A DNA stretch of 64,000 nucleotides from an uncultured Terrimonas sp. (GCA_964604365.1 CAZRYS010000028.1:3032-67031); one strand, 5' to 3'. Positions 20,857-32,300 are shown, counted from the first letter of the stretch. Program-made: numbers and translations. The notes: generated by a model not told the origin, from the sequence alone.

Positions 20857-21345
20857 ATGAACTTTATGAAAAGATCACTTTTTTTAGTTGCCCTGATGGG
20901 CTTCTGGCTTGTAGCATGCAAGTCCAAGATAAAAGATGAAGATATTCAGACCCAGATTCAAAACATGCCGGCACTCTCACACCTTACTGCAACAGTAAAG
21001 GAGGGAGTAGTAACTCTTACGGGTGAATGTCCTGATCCTGTTGACAAAGAACATTCCGAAAATGCTGTGAAGCAAATTCCGGGTGTTAAGAGTGTTATCA
21101 ACAATACTACCATCGCTCCGCCACCACCACCACAAGCCCCTGTTGCAATAACAGCCGACGACCCGCTTACCAAAGGAATTACGGATGCGCTGAAAGACCA
21201 CCCCACTGTAAAGGCTACCGTGGCCGATGGTGTTATTTCGGTTACAGGAGAAGCTACAGCGGCTAACTGGAAAAAAATCAAAATTGCCCTGGATGCGCTG
21301 AAACCAAAAAAAGTAGAAGCAACCGGCTTAACCATTAAAAACTAA
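20857..21345 (+). CDS. BON-domain lipoprotein
   Basis: Lipobox LVAC, BON-like ATVKEGVVTLTGE...IPGVKSVIN, poly-Pro linker, second BON-like segment. Confidence 0.88.
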   Translation: MNFMKRSLFLVALMGFWLVACKSKIKDEDIQTQIQNMPALSHLTATVKEGVVTLTGECPDPVDKEHSENAVKQIPGVKSVINNTTIAPPPPPQAPVAITADDPLTKGITDALKDHPTVKATVADGVISVTGEATAANWKKIKIALDALKPKKVEATGLTIKN

Positions 21346-21358
21346 TCAATCAATTTAT

Positions 21359-21781
21359 ATGACATTACAGGATAAATACAAGCAATTGGTTGATAGAGCA
21401 GGGGCAACAGGAGTACAGAACCTTCAGGTGCGTGAGCAGGATGGCGTATTATATATAGATGGAGAAGCACCTTCGGGAGCTGTAAAAGATGAGCTTTGGA
21501 ATATTTACGGATCTATTGACCCAAATTTTCTTTCCGGCGATGTGGTAATGAATATTAATGTAGCCACGGCAGTAGCAGGTGCAAAAGTGAAAGTAGTAAC
21601 AGATCGCTCAAACCTGAATATCAGAAAAGGTCCCGGAACCGATCAGCCGATAGTAGGGAAAGCAGCCCATCACGAAATTATAACGCTGGTGAGCAAAGCA
21701 AATGATCAGTGGTGGCTGGTGAGAACGGACAGTGGCAAAGAAGGATATGCCTATGCGCAATACCTGGCACCCGTTGAGTAG
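21359..21781 (+). CDS. BON-like + SH3b domain protein, no signal peptide
   Basis: C-terminal LNIRKGPGTDQPIV...WWLVRT...EGY (SH3b-like). Confidence 0.82.
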   Translation: MTLQDKYKQLVDRAGATGVQNLQVREQDGVLYIDGEAPSGAVKDELWNIYGSIDPNFLSGDVVMNINVATAVAGAKVKVVTDRSNLNIRKGPGTDQPIVGKAAHHEIITLVSKANDQWWLVRTDSGKEGYAYAQYLAPVE

Positions 21782-21802
21782 TTTTTTGTGTATAAATAAA
21801 TA

Positions 21803-21849
21803 GCTGTCCCGCAAATTGTCGAAGGTTTGCGGGATTTTTTTGCGACAGC
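21803..21849. terminator. Probable bidirectional terminator between the SH3 gene and hemA
   Basis: tcccgcaaa...tttgcggga stem followed by a T-run; outer gctgtc/gacagc. Confidence 0.65.
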
Positions 21850-21893
21850 GTTTGCCGCCAAAATACTTTAAGCCAACAGAGAATGATAAAAAG

Positions 21894-23114
21894 TTAGTTT
21901 GTCCGGAGGTATTCGTTAAGCGTATTGATGTACTGGCAACCCTTTGCCGTTCTGGAGCGAAGGTCTACTGCCAGTGTTTTAACCGCCTTCTGGATTTTCT
22001 CGTTTTTTTGTTCGGGAAGATGCCCGCAGCAATCGGCTGCACTCAATTCCTGTAGTTTGGATTTTACTTCCCCCAAAAAACTGCGATGCATGAAAAGTTT
22101 ATGCCATTCCACAAACTCTCCGGTAGTGTTTTCTATAATGGATAATGCTTTCGGTATTTCTGCCCGACGCATTTCAAAGGTTTTATTTAAAATAACAGAA
22201 ATCTGGTCTACATCTAATAATGAAACCCCCTCAATAAGACTAACTGAGGGATCTATACTTTTAGGAACAGAAAGATCCAGCAACAAGCGTTCTTTTTGGG
22301 TCGTAAAAAAGCCGGGTAAAATAGTATAAGTATCTGCTGTAGTGCTTACAATTAGTATATCGCTTTCGTCTGCTGCTTTTTCCAGTTGCTCATAGGGGAT
22401 GCTTTCCAGTCCATAAGTAGTGGCAAAGTCATCCGCTTTTTGATGCGTTCTGTTAGTAATACTAACCCGTGCTCCGGGAAAGTATTCGCAGATATTTTTG
22501 GCAACATTCCGACCGAACTTACCGGCCCCTACCAGTAAAATTCTCTTTTTGCTGACATCCGGCACTTTTTCTTTCAGTACCTCAATGGCTGCATAGGCTA
22601 CCGAAACAGTACCCGTACTTAATTTTGTCTCCGATTTCACTCTTTTGGACGCCTGTAAAGCAAAGTTGATCAGTCGATCGGTTAAGGAGCCCAACAAATT
22701 GTTTTCTTTAGCATACCGGGCTGCTTTTTTCAACTGCATCAAAATTTCATAGTCTCCCAGAATCTGTGAATCCATTCCGGATGCTACCTTAAAAAGGTGA
22801 TCCACTGCTTGCATGCCGCCAAGTGTATATCCGTGGGTATTGAATTCACGTTGGCTATTGCCGGATGCCTCACATAAAATACCGACCAGTGTATCTGCAG
22901 TCCCAATACCATAAATTTCGGTACGATTGCAGGTAGACAGTACTACCAGATCAGTAATATTTTTTGACACGGCCAATTGGGTAATTTGCTCAAGTTTGTC
23001 GTTACAAATAGCAAAATTACTTCGGGTAGTAGTATCGGAATTATGGTAATTGATACCAATAACCGAAAACCGATCTAATCCGCTGCAAACATCATATGTG
23101 GAGATAGGAATCAT
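21894..23114 (-). CDS. hemA: Glutamyl-tRNA reductase
   Basis: STCNRTEIY (catalytic Cys), HLFKVASGMDSQILG, VGAGKFG. Confidence 0.95.
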   Translation of the reverse strand: MIPISTYDVCSGLDRFSVIGINYHNSDTTTRSNFAICNDKLEQITQLAVSKNITDLVVLSTCNRTEIYGIGTADTLVGILCEASGNSQREFNTHGYTLGGMQAVDHLFKVASGMDSQILGDYEILMQLKKAARYAKENNLLGSLTDRLINFALQASKRVKSETKLSTGTVSVAYAAIEVLKEKVPDVSKKRILLVGAGKFGRNVAKNICEYFPGARVSITNRTHQKADDFATTYGLESIPYEQLEKAADESDILIVSTTADTYTILPGFFTTQKERLLLDLSVPKSIDPSVSLIEGVSLLDVDQISVILNKTFEMRRAEIPKALSIIENTTGEFVEWHKLFMHRSFLGEVKSKLQELSAADCCGHLPEQKNEKIQKAVKTLAVDLRSRTAKGCQYINTLNEYLRTN

Positions 23115-23273
23115 GGGAGTTGCAAATGTAATAGAGAACCTTTAACAGTGTATCGTTGATTTGTCATAATATCGTCATTCCTGTTAGAAAAGGGAAGAAT
23201 CAGAAAATCAACTGATTAAAATCAGGCTGGCGTGCCTTACCCTGTAGTATTAATTGATATATGATAGCATAGG

Positions 23274-24323
23274 CTACCATCGGATGAGCGCACTACCCCA
23301 GGTAAAACCGCTACCGAAGGAAGCCAGGCAAACGAGGTTACCGTCTTTTATCTTTCCCTTTTCCCATGCTTCATACAGCGCGATTGGAATAGAGGCATCA
23401 GTAGTGTTGCCATAATATTGAATATTGTTATATACCTTTTCGTCCGGTAAACCGAGTTGTTGCTGGGCAAACTGACTAATGCGAAGATTAGCCTGGTGCG
23501 GGATCAGCATATCGATATCGGTGGGCTTGAGATGGTTGGCGTCCAGCGCCTCCATTACCACTTCCGGAATTTTAACGACCGCTTTCTTAAAAACGGACGG
23601 GCCATCCATAAATGGAAAGTTCTGGGCTTTGTCCACCATTGTATGACTCATAAACATTTCGCCCATTTCTGCATCATCAAAATCAGCCAGCTTTTGATCC
23701 AACCAATAGTTGGCATGGGTACCCGGGTTGTACATGGCTAATATTTCGGCACTGTTGCCATCACAGTGCAAATGGGTACTTAATATACCCTGGTTTTCAT
23801 TTTCAGTTGGCTGTAGAACAACAGCACCGGCGCCATCACCAAAAATTACAGAAACATTTCTGCCACGGGTGCTAAAATCCAATCCAAAAGAATGCTTGTC
23901 ACTTCCTATTACCAGGATATTCTTATACATTCCGGACCTGATATATTGATCACCTACACTTAATGCATACACGAAGCCACTACATTGGTTGCGAACATCC
24001 AAAGCGCCTATTTCTTTCATTTGCATTGCCCGCTGTACCAATACGCCACATCCCGGAAAATAGTAATCAGGGCTCAGTGTCGCAAAAATAATAAAGTCGA
24101 TATCCTGCGGTGTGATGCCGGCATTTTGTATCGCTACTTTCGCAGCTTCCACGCCCATGGTGGTAGTGGTTTCCCCTTCCCGTTTAGCGTACCGTCTTTC
24201 TTTAATACCCGTGCGTTCCTGTATCCACGCATCATTGGTATCCATGTATTTTTCTAAGTCAAAATTTGTAACAATCTGCTCAGGTACGTACATACCTATT
24301 CCTGCAATCCTCGCTCTTGGCAT
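23274..24323 (-). CDS. fabH: 3-oxoacyl-ACP synthase III (FabH family)
   Basis: WIQERTGI, NQCSGF, FGDGAGAVV, PHQAN, GNT, FGSGFTWG. Confidence 0.9.
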   Translation of the reverse strand: MPRARIAGIGMYVPEQIVTNFDLEKYMDTNDAWIQERTGIKERRYAKREGETTTTMGVEAAKVAIQNAGITPQDIDFIIFATLSPDYYFPGCGVLVQRAMQMKEIGALDVRNQCSGFVYALSVGDQYIRSGMYKNILVIGSDKHSFGLDFSTRGRNVSVIFGDGAGAVVLQPTENENQGILSTHLHCDGNSAEILAMYNPGTHANYWLDQKLADFDDAEMGEMFMSHTMVDKAQNFPFMDGPSVFKKAVVKIPEVVMEALDANHLKPTDIDMLIPHQANLRISQFAQQQLGLPDEKVYNNIQYYGNTTDASIPIALYEAWEKGKIKDGNLVCLASFGSGFTWGSALIRW

Positions 24324-24359
24324 TCAATCTATTTTAATATGAAAAAATCCACCAGCCCA

Positions 24360-25685
24360 TCAGACGGTTGGAATTTTATATCCATTGTGATATTGTTTTG
24401 CAAAATATTCTTTGTTAACGGCTTCATCGGTGAATTTGCCGGCCGCCTTATTCCATGCCAAACGTTTGCCGCTGCGGAAGGCAATATTGCCCATTTGCGC
24501 CACAATAGCTACGTCAGCCCCTACCTGAATAGGAGCCGTCAAATCTTCCATCTTACCACTACGGATAACCGATGCAAAATTTACCATATGGGCATCCAAT
24601 CCGCTTTCAGATGGTTTGGTGAAAGGCACCGATGCTTTATTTTTAGCGTTCTTTTCTTCAATTACTTCCCAGCCACCCCTGTATAGTACCAGCGTGCCAT
24701 TGTTGCCTACAAAGGCGATGCCGTGGTCTTTTCCGTACTGACCATTGTCAATACCCATGGCATGATCCCACACAAGATTGAATGTATCAAATTCGTAAAG
24801 GGTGGTAAGGGTGTCTGGTGTTTCCTGCGCCAGTTCGGGATAAGCAAACTTACCGCCCAATGCCATTACTGTTTTGGGAACATCGGCTTTCATACCAAAG
24901 AGTGCATAATCCAGCAGGTGAACACCCCAGTCTGTCATCAAACCACCGGCATAGTCCCAAAACCAACGGAAGTTGAAATGGAACCGGCTTGCATTAAATG
25001 CTCTTTTAGGTGCAGGTCCCAACCATCCGGCATAGTCAACACCTGCCGGAGGAGCGGTATCCGGTTGTACAATGTCCGGTTTCATCCAACCCTGGTAACA
25101 CCAAACTTTTGCGGTACGGATATTGCCCAGTTTCCCAGAGTGCACATAGGCAATGGCATCTCTGAAGTGTTGTTGACTTCTTTGCCACTGCCCTACCTGT
25201 ACAACCCTGTTGTATTTTTTCTGGGCAGCTACCATCACATTACATTCTGCTATGGAGTTGCCGATGGGTTTCTCCACATATACGTGTTTTCCTGCCTGGC
25301 AGGCATGTACCATTTGCAGACAATGCCAATGATCCGGAGTGCCAACTATTACAGCATCCAGATCTTTGTTTTCGAGCAATTTTCTATAATCATTATATGT
25401 CTTTACTTTGGATGCATCCACGTTCAGACCAGCCAGCTCTTTCATCCGGCTATCCAATACGTTTTTATCTACGTCACAGATACCAATCAAGTTTACACCC
25501 GGTACTTTTAACGCAGCCCGCAGGTTTGACCAGCCCATTCCTTTAGCACCAATCAATCCGATATTTATCTGATCGGACGCCCATAAGTTTCTGCTTTGAA
25601 TAGCAAATAAATCAGTGGCGGATAATAACATGCCGCCGGCAGCAATTCGTGTTGTGTTCTTTAGAAAGTTTCTTCTACCTGACAT
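24360..25685 (-). CDS. Gfo/Idh/MocA oxidoreductase with Tat signal
   Basis: MSGRRNFLK twin-arginine motif, GTPDHWH, YVEKP, DWGVHLLD. Confidence 0.9.
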   Translation of the reverse strand: MSGRRNFLKNTTRIAAGGMLLSATDLFAIQSRNLWASDQINIGLIGAKGMGWSNLRAALKVPGVNLIGICDVDKNVLDSRMKELAGLNVDASKVKTYNDYRKLLENKDLDAVIVGTPDHWHCLQMVHACQAGKHVYVEKPIGNSIAECNVMVAAQKKYNRVVQVGQWQRSQQHFRDAIAYVHSGKLGNIRTAKVWCYQGWMKPDIVQPDTAPPAGVDYAGWLGPAPKRAFNASRFHFNFRWFWDYAGGLMTDWGVHLLDYALFGMKADVPKTVMALGGKFAYPELAQETPDTLTTLYEFDTFNLVWDHAMGIDNGQYGKDHGIAFVGNNGTLVLYRGGWEVIEEKNAKNKASVPFTKPSESGLDAHMVNFASVIRSGKMEDLTAPIQVGADVAIVAQMGNIAFRSGKRLAWNKAAGKFTDEAVNKEYFAKQYHNGYKIPTV

Positions 25686-25857
25686 AAATTATATTGTATT
25701 AAAACTAAAATACAGATAGTACCCTGAATACTATCCAGGCTTTCATAATCGTTGTAATGAAGCCACATGAATGTACGCAAAAATATAGTTCGGGCGTATT
25801 TCAAGTTAGTATCTTTTGCAAAAACGGTAATTTTGATTCTTTTAATCTAATAAGACG

Positions 25858-26688
25858 ATGATCATAAGAGTTCAATGCAGCGACCGTGTTGGGTTGGTGG
25901 CTGCAGTTTCGGATATTCTCGCAAAGAACAGTATGAATATTGAATCCATGCGGGAATTTGTAGACAAAGAGTCCGGCAAATTTTTTTTACGAGTGACTGC
26001 TGATAAAGAGCCAGCCTCCGATAGACTACTGGAACAATTGTACGAAGTACTTCCGGAAAAAGCGACAATAGATATCAGCCGTCGCAGTAAAGAAAAGAAG
26101 GTAATATTGTTGGTGACAAAGGAATACCATTGTCTCAGTGACATACTTACCCGTAATCATTTTAATACATTAGGAGCGAAAGTGCAGGCAGTAATTGGTA
26201 ACCATGAGGTACTACGAGATATTTGCGACCGTTTCAATATTCCGTTTGCCTTTATTGACCACGAGGGAAAAAATAAAGAACAGTTTGAAACAGCGTTAAG
26301 AGAGGAAATCCAATCTTACTCTTTTGACTATATTATTCTTGCCAAGTTCATGCGCATTCTTTCTGATGAATTTGTTGCCGCTTTTCCCTATAAAATCATC
26401 AATATCCATCACTCGTTTTTACCGGCATTTATCGGTGCAAGCCCATACCGCCAGGCTTTTGAAAGAGGTGTTAAACTCATTGGTGCCACGGCACATTTTG
26501 TAACCAGCTTGTTGGATGAAGGCCCGATTATTGAACAGCAGGTTATACGGATCAATCACACCTACAGCCCAAAAGATATGGTTGTTGCCGGTAAAGAAAT
26601 TGAGACATCGGTATTGGCAAAAGCCCTTACTCTGGTATTTGAAGACCGGGTATTTGTATCCAATAATAAGACGGTGGTGTTTGATTAA
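25858..26688 (+). CDS. purU: Formyltetrahydrofolate deformylase
   Basis: ACT-like N-terminus, LAKFMRIL, INIHHSFLPAFIGA, LDEGPII. Confidence 0.96.
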   Translation: MIIRVQCSDRVGLVAAVSDILAKNSMNIESMREFVDKESGKFFLRVTADKEPASDRLLEQLYEVLPEKATIDISRRSKEKKVILLVTKEYHCLSDILTRNHFNTLGAKVQAVIGNHEVLRDICDRFNIPFAFIDHEGKNKEQFETALREEIQSYSFDYIILAKFMRILSDEFVAAFPYKIINIHHSFLPAFIGASPYRQAFERGVKLIGATAHFVTSLLDEGPIIEQQVIRINHTYSPKDMVVAGKEIETSVLAKALTLVFEDRVFVSNNKTVVFD

Positions 26689-26714
26689 GTTTTATATTGT
26701 AGCAAACATTAGTT

Positions 26715-28511
26715 ATGTATAAATGGTTTGCAACATTCATACCCGCTATCTTTTTTTTGAGTTTTTCAAAACCTGTTGATGAAAGCTGGATACGCATCAA
26801 TCAATTGGGCTATAAACCCAATGGTATAAAGGTAGCTGTCTGGTGCAGCAAATCTACCCAAAATGTTAAAACCTGGAAGCTCATAGAAGTTGTTTCCGGA
26901 AAAACGGTAGCGTCCGGAAAAACCGGTAAGGCCTGGGGAGCCTATGGACCTTTTCAGCACACGTCCCGGATCAATTTTTCGCAAATAACCCGACCTGGAA
27001 AGTATTACCTGCAGGCAGGTAACACAAAGTCTCCGGAATTTGAGATCGGAGAAGACGTTTACAAAGGCTCAGCCGATTTTTGTTTGCGCTATATGCGCCA
27101 ACAACGCAGTAAATTCAACCCTGTGACCAAAGACAGCTGTCATACACAGGATGGGTTTACATTATATGGGCCAATGCCCGACAGTACTTTTATTGATGTA
27201 AGCGGAGGCTGGCACGACGCTACAGATTACTTACAATATGTTACCACCTCAGCCAATGCTACTTTTCATTTGCTGGCCGCTTACCGCGATTTTCCAAGTG
27301 TTTTTGGCGATGCACATCAGGCCAACGGATTGGAAGGCGCCAACCATATAGCCGATGTGCTTGATGAGGCTAAATGGGGACTGGATTGGTTGCTGAAAAT
27401 GCACCCCAAAGACGATTGGATGTTTAATCAACTGGCAGATGATCGGGATCACATAGGCATGCGTATGCCTGCACTGGATAGTCAATATGGACGGGGGTAT
27501 CAGCGACCGGTGTATTTTAATAACGGAGAACCACAGATCAGAGGGAAATTTAAGAATACCACTACGGGGGTATCCTCTACCGCCGGGAAATTCAGTAGCG
27601 CTTTTGCTTTGGGAGCAGAGGTTTTTGATAGAGATCCGCTGTATAAATCTACCTTAATAAATAAATCAAAAACAGCGTTTGCTTTTGGCCTCACCAAGCC
27701 GGGATACACACAAACGGCGTCTGTGGCGGCCCCTTATATTTATGGAGAGGAAAACTGGATGGACGACATGCAACTGGCTGCGGCAATGTTGGCAGGCAGA
27801 AGTGATGTAGAGGTGCCGGGTGGAAATATGCTTGACTATGCTTTTTCTTTGGCGCAAACAGAGCCTGTTACACCCTGGATGGAAAATGATACCGCAGCGC
27901 ATTACCAATGGTATCCTTTTGTAAATGTGGGACACTATGAGCTGTTAAAACAACTGGATGGAGAAAAACGGGCTGCTGTGGTCAATTTTTATAAGTTGGG
28001 AATAGAAAAGGTTTGGGACCGGGCAAAACAAAATGCGTTTTACCGCGGTGTACCATTTATCTGGTGTAGTAATAATCTTACCACTTCATTTGCCATTCAG
28101 TGCTACTGGTACCGGATATCAACCGGTGACAACAGTTTTGAAGAACTGGAACAGGCTAACTTTGACTGGCTGTTTGGTTGCAATCCCTGGGGAACGAGCA
28201 TGGTATATGGATTGCCTTCCTGGGGTGATACTCCAACAGACCCACATGCTTCTTTTCTGAAGGTGGGTAACTTCCCAATAGATGGTGGTATTGTGGATGG
28301 ACCGGTTTATGGTAATATTTTTAACAGCCTGATTGGTCTGACTCTCACCAAACCTGATGAATACACTGCTTTTCAAAGCGATTTGGCTGTGTATCACGAC
28401 GACTCCGGTGACTACAGCACAAACGAACCTACTATGGACGGAACCGCTTCTCTTATTTACCTGATGGCAGCAAAAGAAAGCGGGGTGTTGCCACAAGTAA
28501 AAAAAAAATAA
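26715..28511 (+). CDS. Glycoside hydrolase family 9, signal peptide
   Basis: IRINQLGY, GGWHDATDYL, DYSTNEPTMDG (catalytic Glu region). Confidence 0.92.
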   Translation: MYKWFATFIPAIFFLSFSKPVDESWIRINQLGYKPNGIKVAVWCSKSTQNVKTWKLIEVVSGKTVASGKTGKAWGAYGPFQHTSRINFSQITRPGKYYLQAGNTKSPEFEIGEDVYKGSADFCLRYMRQQRSKFNPVTKDSCHTQDGFTLYGPMPDSTFIDVSGGWHDATDYLQYVTTSANATFHLLAAYRDFPSVFGDAHQANGLEGANHIADVLDEAKWGLDWLLKMHPKDDWMFNQLADDRDHIGMRMPALDSQYGRGYQRPVYFNNGEPQIRGKFKNTTTGVSSTAGKFSSAFALGAEVFDRDPLYKSTLINKSKTAFAFGLTKPGYTQTASVAAPYIYGEENWMDDMQLAAAMLAGRSDVEVPGGNMLDYAFSLAQTEPVTPWMENDTAAHYQWYPFVNVGHYELLKQLDGEKRAAVVNFYKLGIEKVWDRAKQNAFYRGVPFIWCSNNLTTSFAIQCYWYRISTGDNSFEELEQANFDWLFGCNPWGTSMVYGLPSWGDTPTDPHASFLKVGNFPIDGGIVDGPVYGNIFNSLIGLTLTKPDEYTAFQSDLAVYHDDSGDYSTNEPTMDGTASLIYLMAAKESGVLPQVKKK

Positions 28512-29236
28512 TGTCCGGAGATAATAACGGGTTTACCTATAGTCATGGAGCCATTATAAGGGGGGATAGCACTAATAAAAAGATAGCATTGGTATTTACC
28601 GGGGATGAGTATGCCGATGGCGGGTGGTATATTCCGGAAGTATTGAAACGGGATGAAGTACAGGCGTCCTTTTTTTTAACCGGTAACTTTTATAAAAATC
28701 CCGCATTCAGAAACATCATCCGCAATCTGAAGGCGGGTGGACACTACCTCGGACCGCATTCGGATAAACACCTGTTATATTGTTCCTGGGAGAATAGAGA
28801 CAGCCTGCTGGTGACCAGACAGGCGTTTGTAGCCGACCTGCAGGAAAACTACAATGCAATGGCTGCTTTTGGAATCAGCCCGGAAGCGTCCCGCATTTTC
28901 ATTCCTCCATTTGAATGGTACAACGAAACCATTGTTCGGTGGGCAGACCATCAGGGCGTCCAGGTAATAAATTTTACACCCGGCACCCTTAGCCACGCAG
29001 ACTATACTACACCGGATATGCCGAATTACAGGACAACTGGTGATATATACGAATCCATTCTTCAACGGGAGCAAAGTGTCGAAACAGGACTGAATGGTTT
29101 TATCTTATTGTTACATATTGGCACCCAACAGGCAAGAACTGACAAATTATACCATCGTTTGCCTGAGTTGATCAACTATCTGAAGCGCAAAAAGTACGAA
29201 CTGGTGAAAATTGATGATTTACTACGCACAAACTAA
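28511..29236 (+). CDS. Polysaccharide deacetylase (CE4/NodB-like), no signal peptide
   Basis: LVFTGDE, HSDKH, PPFEWYN, LLLH; ATG overlaps the GH9 TAA. Confidence 0.88.
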   Translation: MSGDNNGFTYSHGAIIRGDSTNKKIALVFTGDEYADGGWYIPEVLKRDEVQASFFLTGNFYKNPAFRNIIRNLKAGGHYLGPHSDKHLLYCSWENRDSLLVTRQAFVADLQENYNAMAAFGISPEASRIFIPPFEWYNETIVRWADHQGVQVINFTPGTLSHADYTTPDMPNYRTTGDIYESILQREQSVETGLNGFILLLHIGTQQARTDKLYHRLPELINYLKRKKYELVKIDDLLRTN

Positions 29237-29330
29237 CCACCCACGAACGTTATATCAATAAGTGATTTTTTTGTAATTTCGCCAATTAACCTTTTTCGAT
29301 CCCTTTCGGATGTTAACGAATTTCTAAAGC

Positions 29331-32300
29331 ATGGCTTTACCGCATCTTGTTAAGTTTGTTTATAATAACGGTACCGACGAAGTAATACGCAGAGGCAAAA
29401 AAATTCATTCTATTGGTTATGTGGAACTGATTGAACATGATGATTTGCTTGGCTCTGTTACATTCCGCGTGAAGGATGATAGTTACGCTACCTACTATAA
29501 AGTCTATATTCAAAAGTATAAGGACCCGAAAGGACTTTCGGTAAGATGTACCTGTCCCTACAATTTGGGAGATATTTGTCGCCACGAAACGGCGGCGTTG
29601 CTGCAACTACAGGACTTACTGGACAAAAATATCATAGGAGAGAAAGACATTAAGTATGACCAGAAACATACTGTCATAAAAATGAAGGACATAGACCTTC
29701 GGTCTATCAAATTGTTAAGTTCGCCCGATACCTATGAGGAAGCAGATAAAATACTAAGAGCACAAAAAGCGAATATTCTCTCTGCAGCCAACGAAAGAGT
29801 AGAAGCCACGTTGAAAGTCGGCGATCAAACATACTCCGTTGTAATTCAGAAAAATGAAGAGCGAAACTTTGATACGTCCTGTACCTGTACAGATGAAGAG
29901 CACCCCCTGTGTATTCACAAGTCTACCTTGTTTATTCAACTATTGAATGCCTATGGACCCTATTACTTTGACAGCATTCGCAACTGGGACAAACAAAAAA
30001 ATAAACTGCTGGAAGCCTACGGATATTCGCTCGAAGACGACCTGAAAGGGAAGTTTGAATTTACCTATAAGGATGGAAAGCCGTTTTTAAGGGTGCTTGA
30101 TACATCTATTAAACGCATCGCGCCAATAGCGGCCCCTGTAAAGCCGGAACCTGCTGTGGAAGTGAAGGAGGTTGAACAGAAAGTGGAGCCCGTTAACGAA
30201 ACAGCGACCATTGATGTTCGTATCGGCGTGGTTTTTGCCAATTCCTCAAAAACCTATCCGTACTTGTCCGCTGATGTTGTGGCGGGAGATGCCAATGGCA
30301 GCGGAGAAGGATTTCACGGAAAAGTGGAAAAGCTCGACCTGAGTCGCTACGTTGATTCTGATAAATATTCGGAGACGGACAAAATATTGATCCAACAGGT
30401 TCGAAAACTGCAAGAGGGTGAGGTAAACAAATACCTCAGTCGAAATTCGCCGTTTTCGGGTATTTGGGAAAATATCATTCATACTGATGATGAATTACCG
30501 GCGGAAACCAAATCGTTGATCGTAGAATACTGGTATCCGAAATTGGTAAAACTGTTCAACGAAAACAAAGAAAATCCATTAATATACTATCTCCCCCAAA
30601 AGAAGAATTTTGTAACGGCCAACCTGCTACAAGTTCAGTTAAGCCCCGAACCCGTAACACCAGTGTTTTCTATTGATGATACGGGCGACGCTGTGTCTAT
30701 CGCCTGCAATGTGCAGGTAAACGGAATAGAAGTAGGGCTGGGTGAAAATGAAATTGATTCCTCTTTGCTGTTTAAGTATGCCGATACTTTGTATAACTGG
30801 GAACGGCAGGAAGATATAGAAGAAGTTGAACAGTTTGCGGCAAAGGGAAATATGGTGATTGATAAGAAAGACTGGCCGGAGTATCTGAAGAAAAAAGTCA
30901 TTCCGCTGACTAAAGAATATAAAGTAAAGTTTGGAAATGCTCTTGTGCAGGAGGTAAAAGACGGAGACCCGGAAATAAAACTGCAGTTGCAGGAAAAAGG
31001 AGAATACCTGGTTTTTATACCCATATTCAACTATAAGGGTTTTGAAACCAAGCTCAATACAAAAGATATTATTACCATCCCGTTGGAGGAAAAAGTGCTG
31101 GAAATTCATCGCAATAAAGAAGCCGAATTGAGGTTTGTACAAAAGCTTGAAAGCCTGCATTCCAACTTCATATACCTGGATGGCTCTGCTACGCTGGCTT
31201 TAAAAGGTGCCGATGTATTGAAAAACAACTGGTTCTTTCTTTTTATCGATAGTATGAAGGAAATGAATGTGCCGGTGTTGGGCTTTGACATACTTAAAAA
31301 TTTCAGGTTTAATACTGCTAAACCGGCAACTGAAGTGCATATTAGCAGTGGTGTTGATTGGTTCGATGCCAAGGTGAAAGTTGTTTTTGGTGAACAGCAT
31401 GTTACTATAGAAGAGATAAAAAGAGCTTTAGCCAACAAGCAGCAGTTTGTACAGTTGAACGACGGAACCTTAGGGATTTTACCGGAAACATGGCTGAAAC
31501 GATACTCTTTGTTATTCAGGGTGGGCGAAGAAAAAAGCAATTCTCTCAGGCTTTCAAAATATCACTTAAGCGTTATAGATGAGTTGCACAACGAAAAAGA
31601 TGAAACGGAGATATTGATTGAGCTGGAAGAAAAGTATAGTCGATTACGCGACTTTAACCGGATCAAAGAAATAGATCCACCGGAACAACTGGCAAGCATC
31701 CTGCGCCCCTACCAGGTAGCAGGATATCATTGGCTTAACTATCTGCGGGAAGTTGGCTGGGGAGGTATTCTGGCCGATGACATGGGTTTGGGTAAAACCA
31801 TTCAAACCTTGTCGTTTCTGCAATACCACAAAGACAATTTTGATACATTAAAGGCGATCGTTGTTTGTCCCACCACTTTGATGTTTAACTGGGAGAATGA
31901 AATAAAGAAATTTACGCCCGGACTTACGTATCATATACATCATGGTGGGGAGCGGGCCAGAGATGCCCAAACTTTGGCTCCTTTTAATGTAATTATTACA
32001 ACCTATGGTACACTTCGCAGCGATATTAAACAGCTCACGGAGGTTGCCTTTGACTACGTAATACTGGATGAATCTCAAGCGATCAAAAACCCACAAAGTA
32101 AAGTCACCAAAGCTGCGGGGTTGCTCAACGCCAAAAACAGGATTTGTCTGAGTGGTACGCCGTTGCAAAACAATACTTTTGACATATACGCGCAAATGAA
32201 TTTTTTGAACCCCGGTATGTTGGGCAGCGTAGAGCATTTCAGAAACGAGTTTGCAACACCCATTGATAAATTTGGTGAGCAGGATAGAAAAGATCACCTC

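Noticed and set aside
21095-21140. CCA-rich repeat
   Set aside because: It encodes the poly-proline linker of the BON lipoprotein; not a repeat element.
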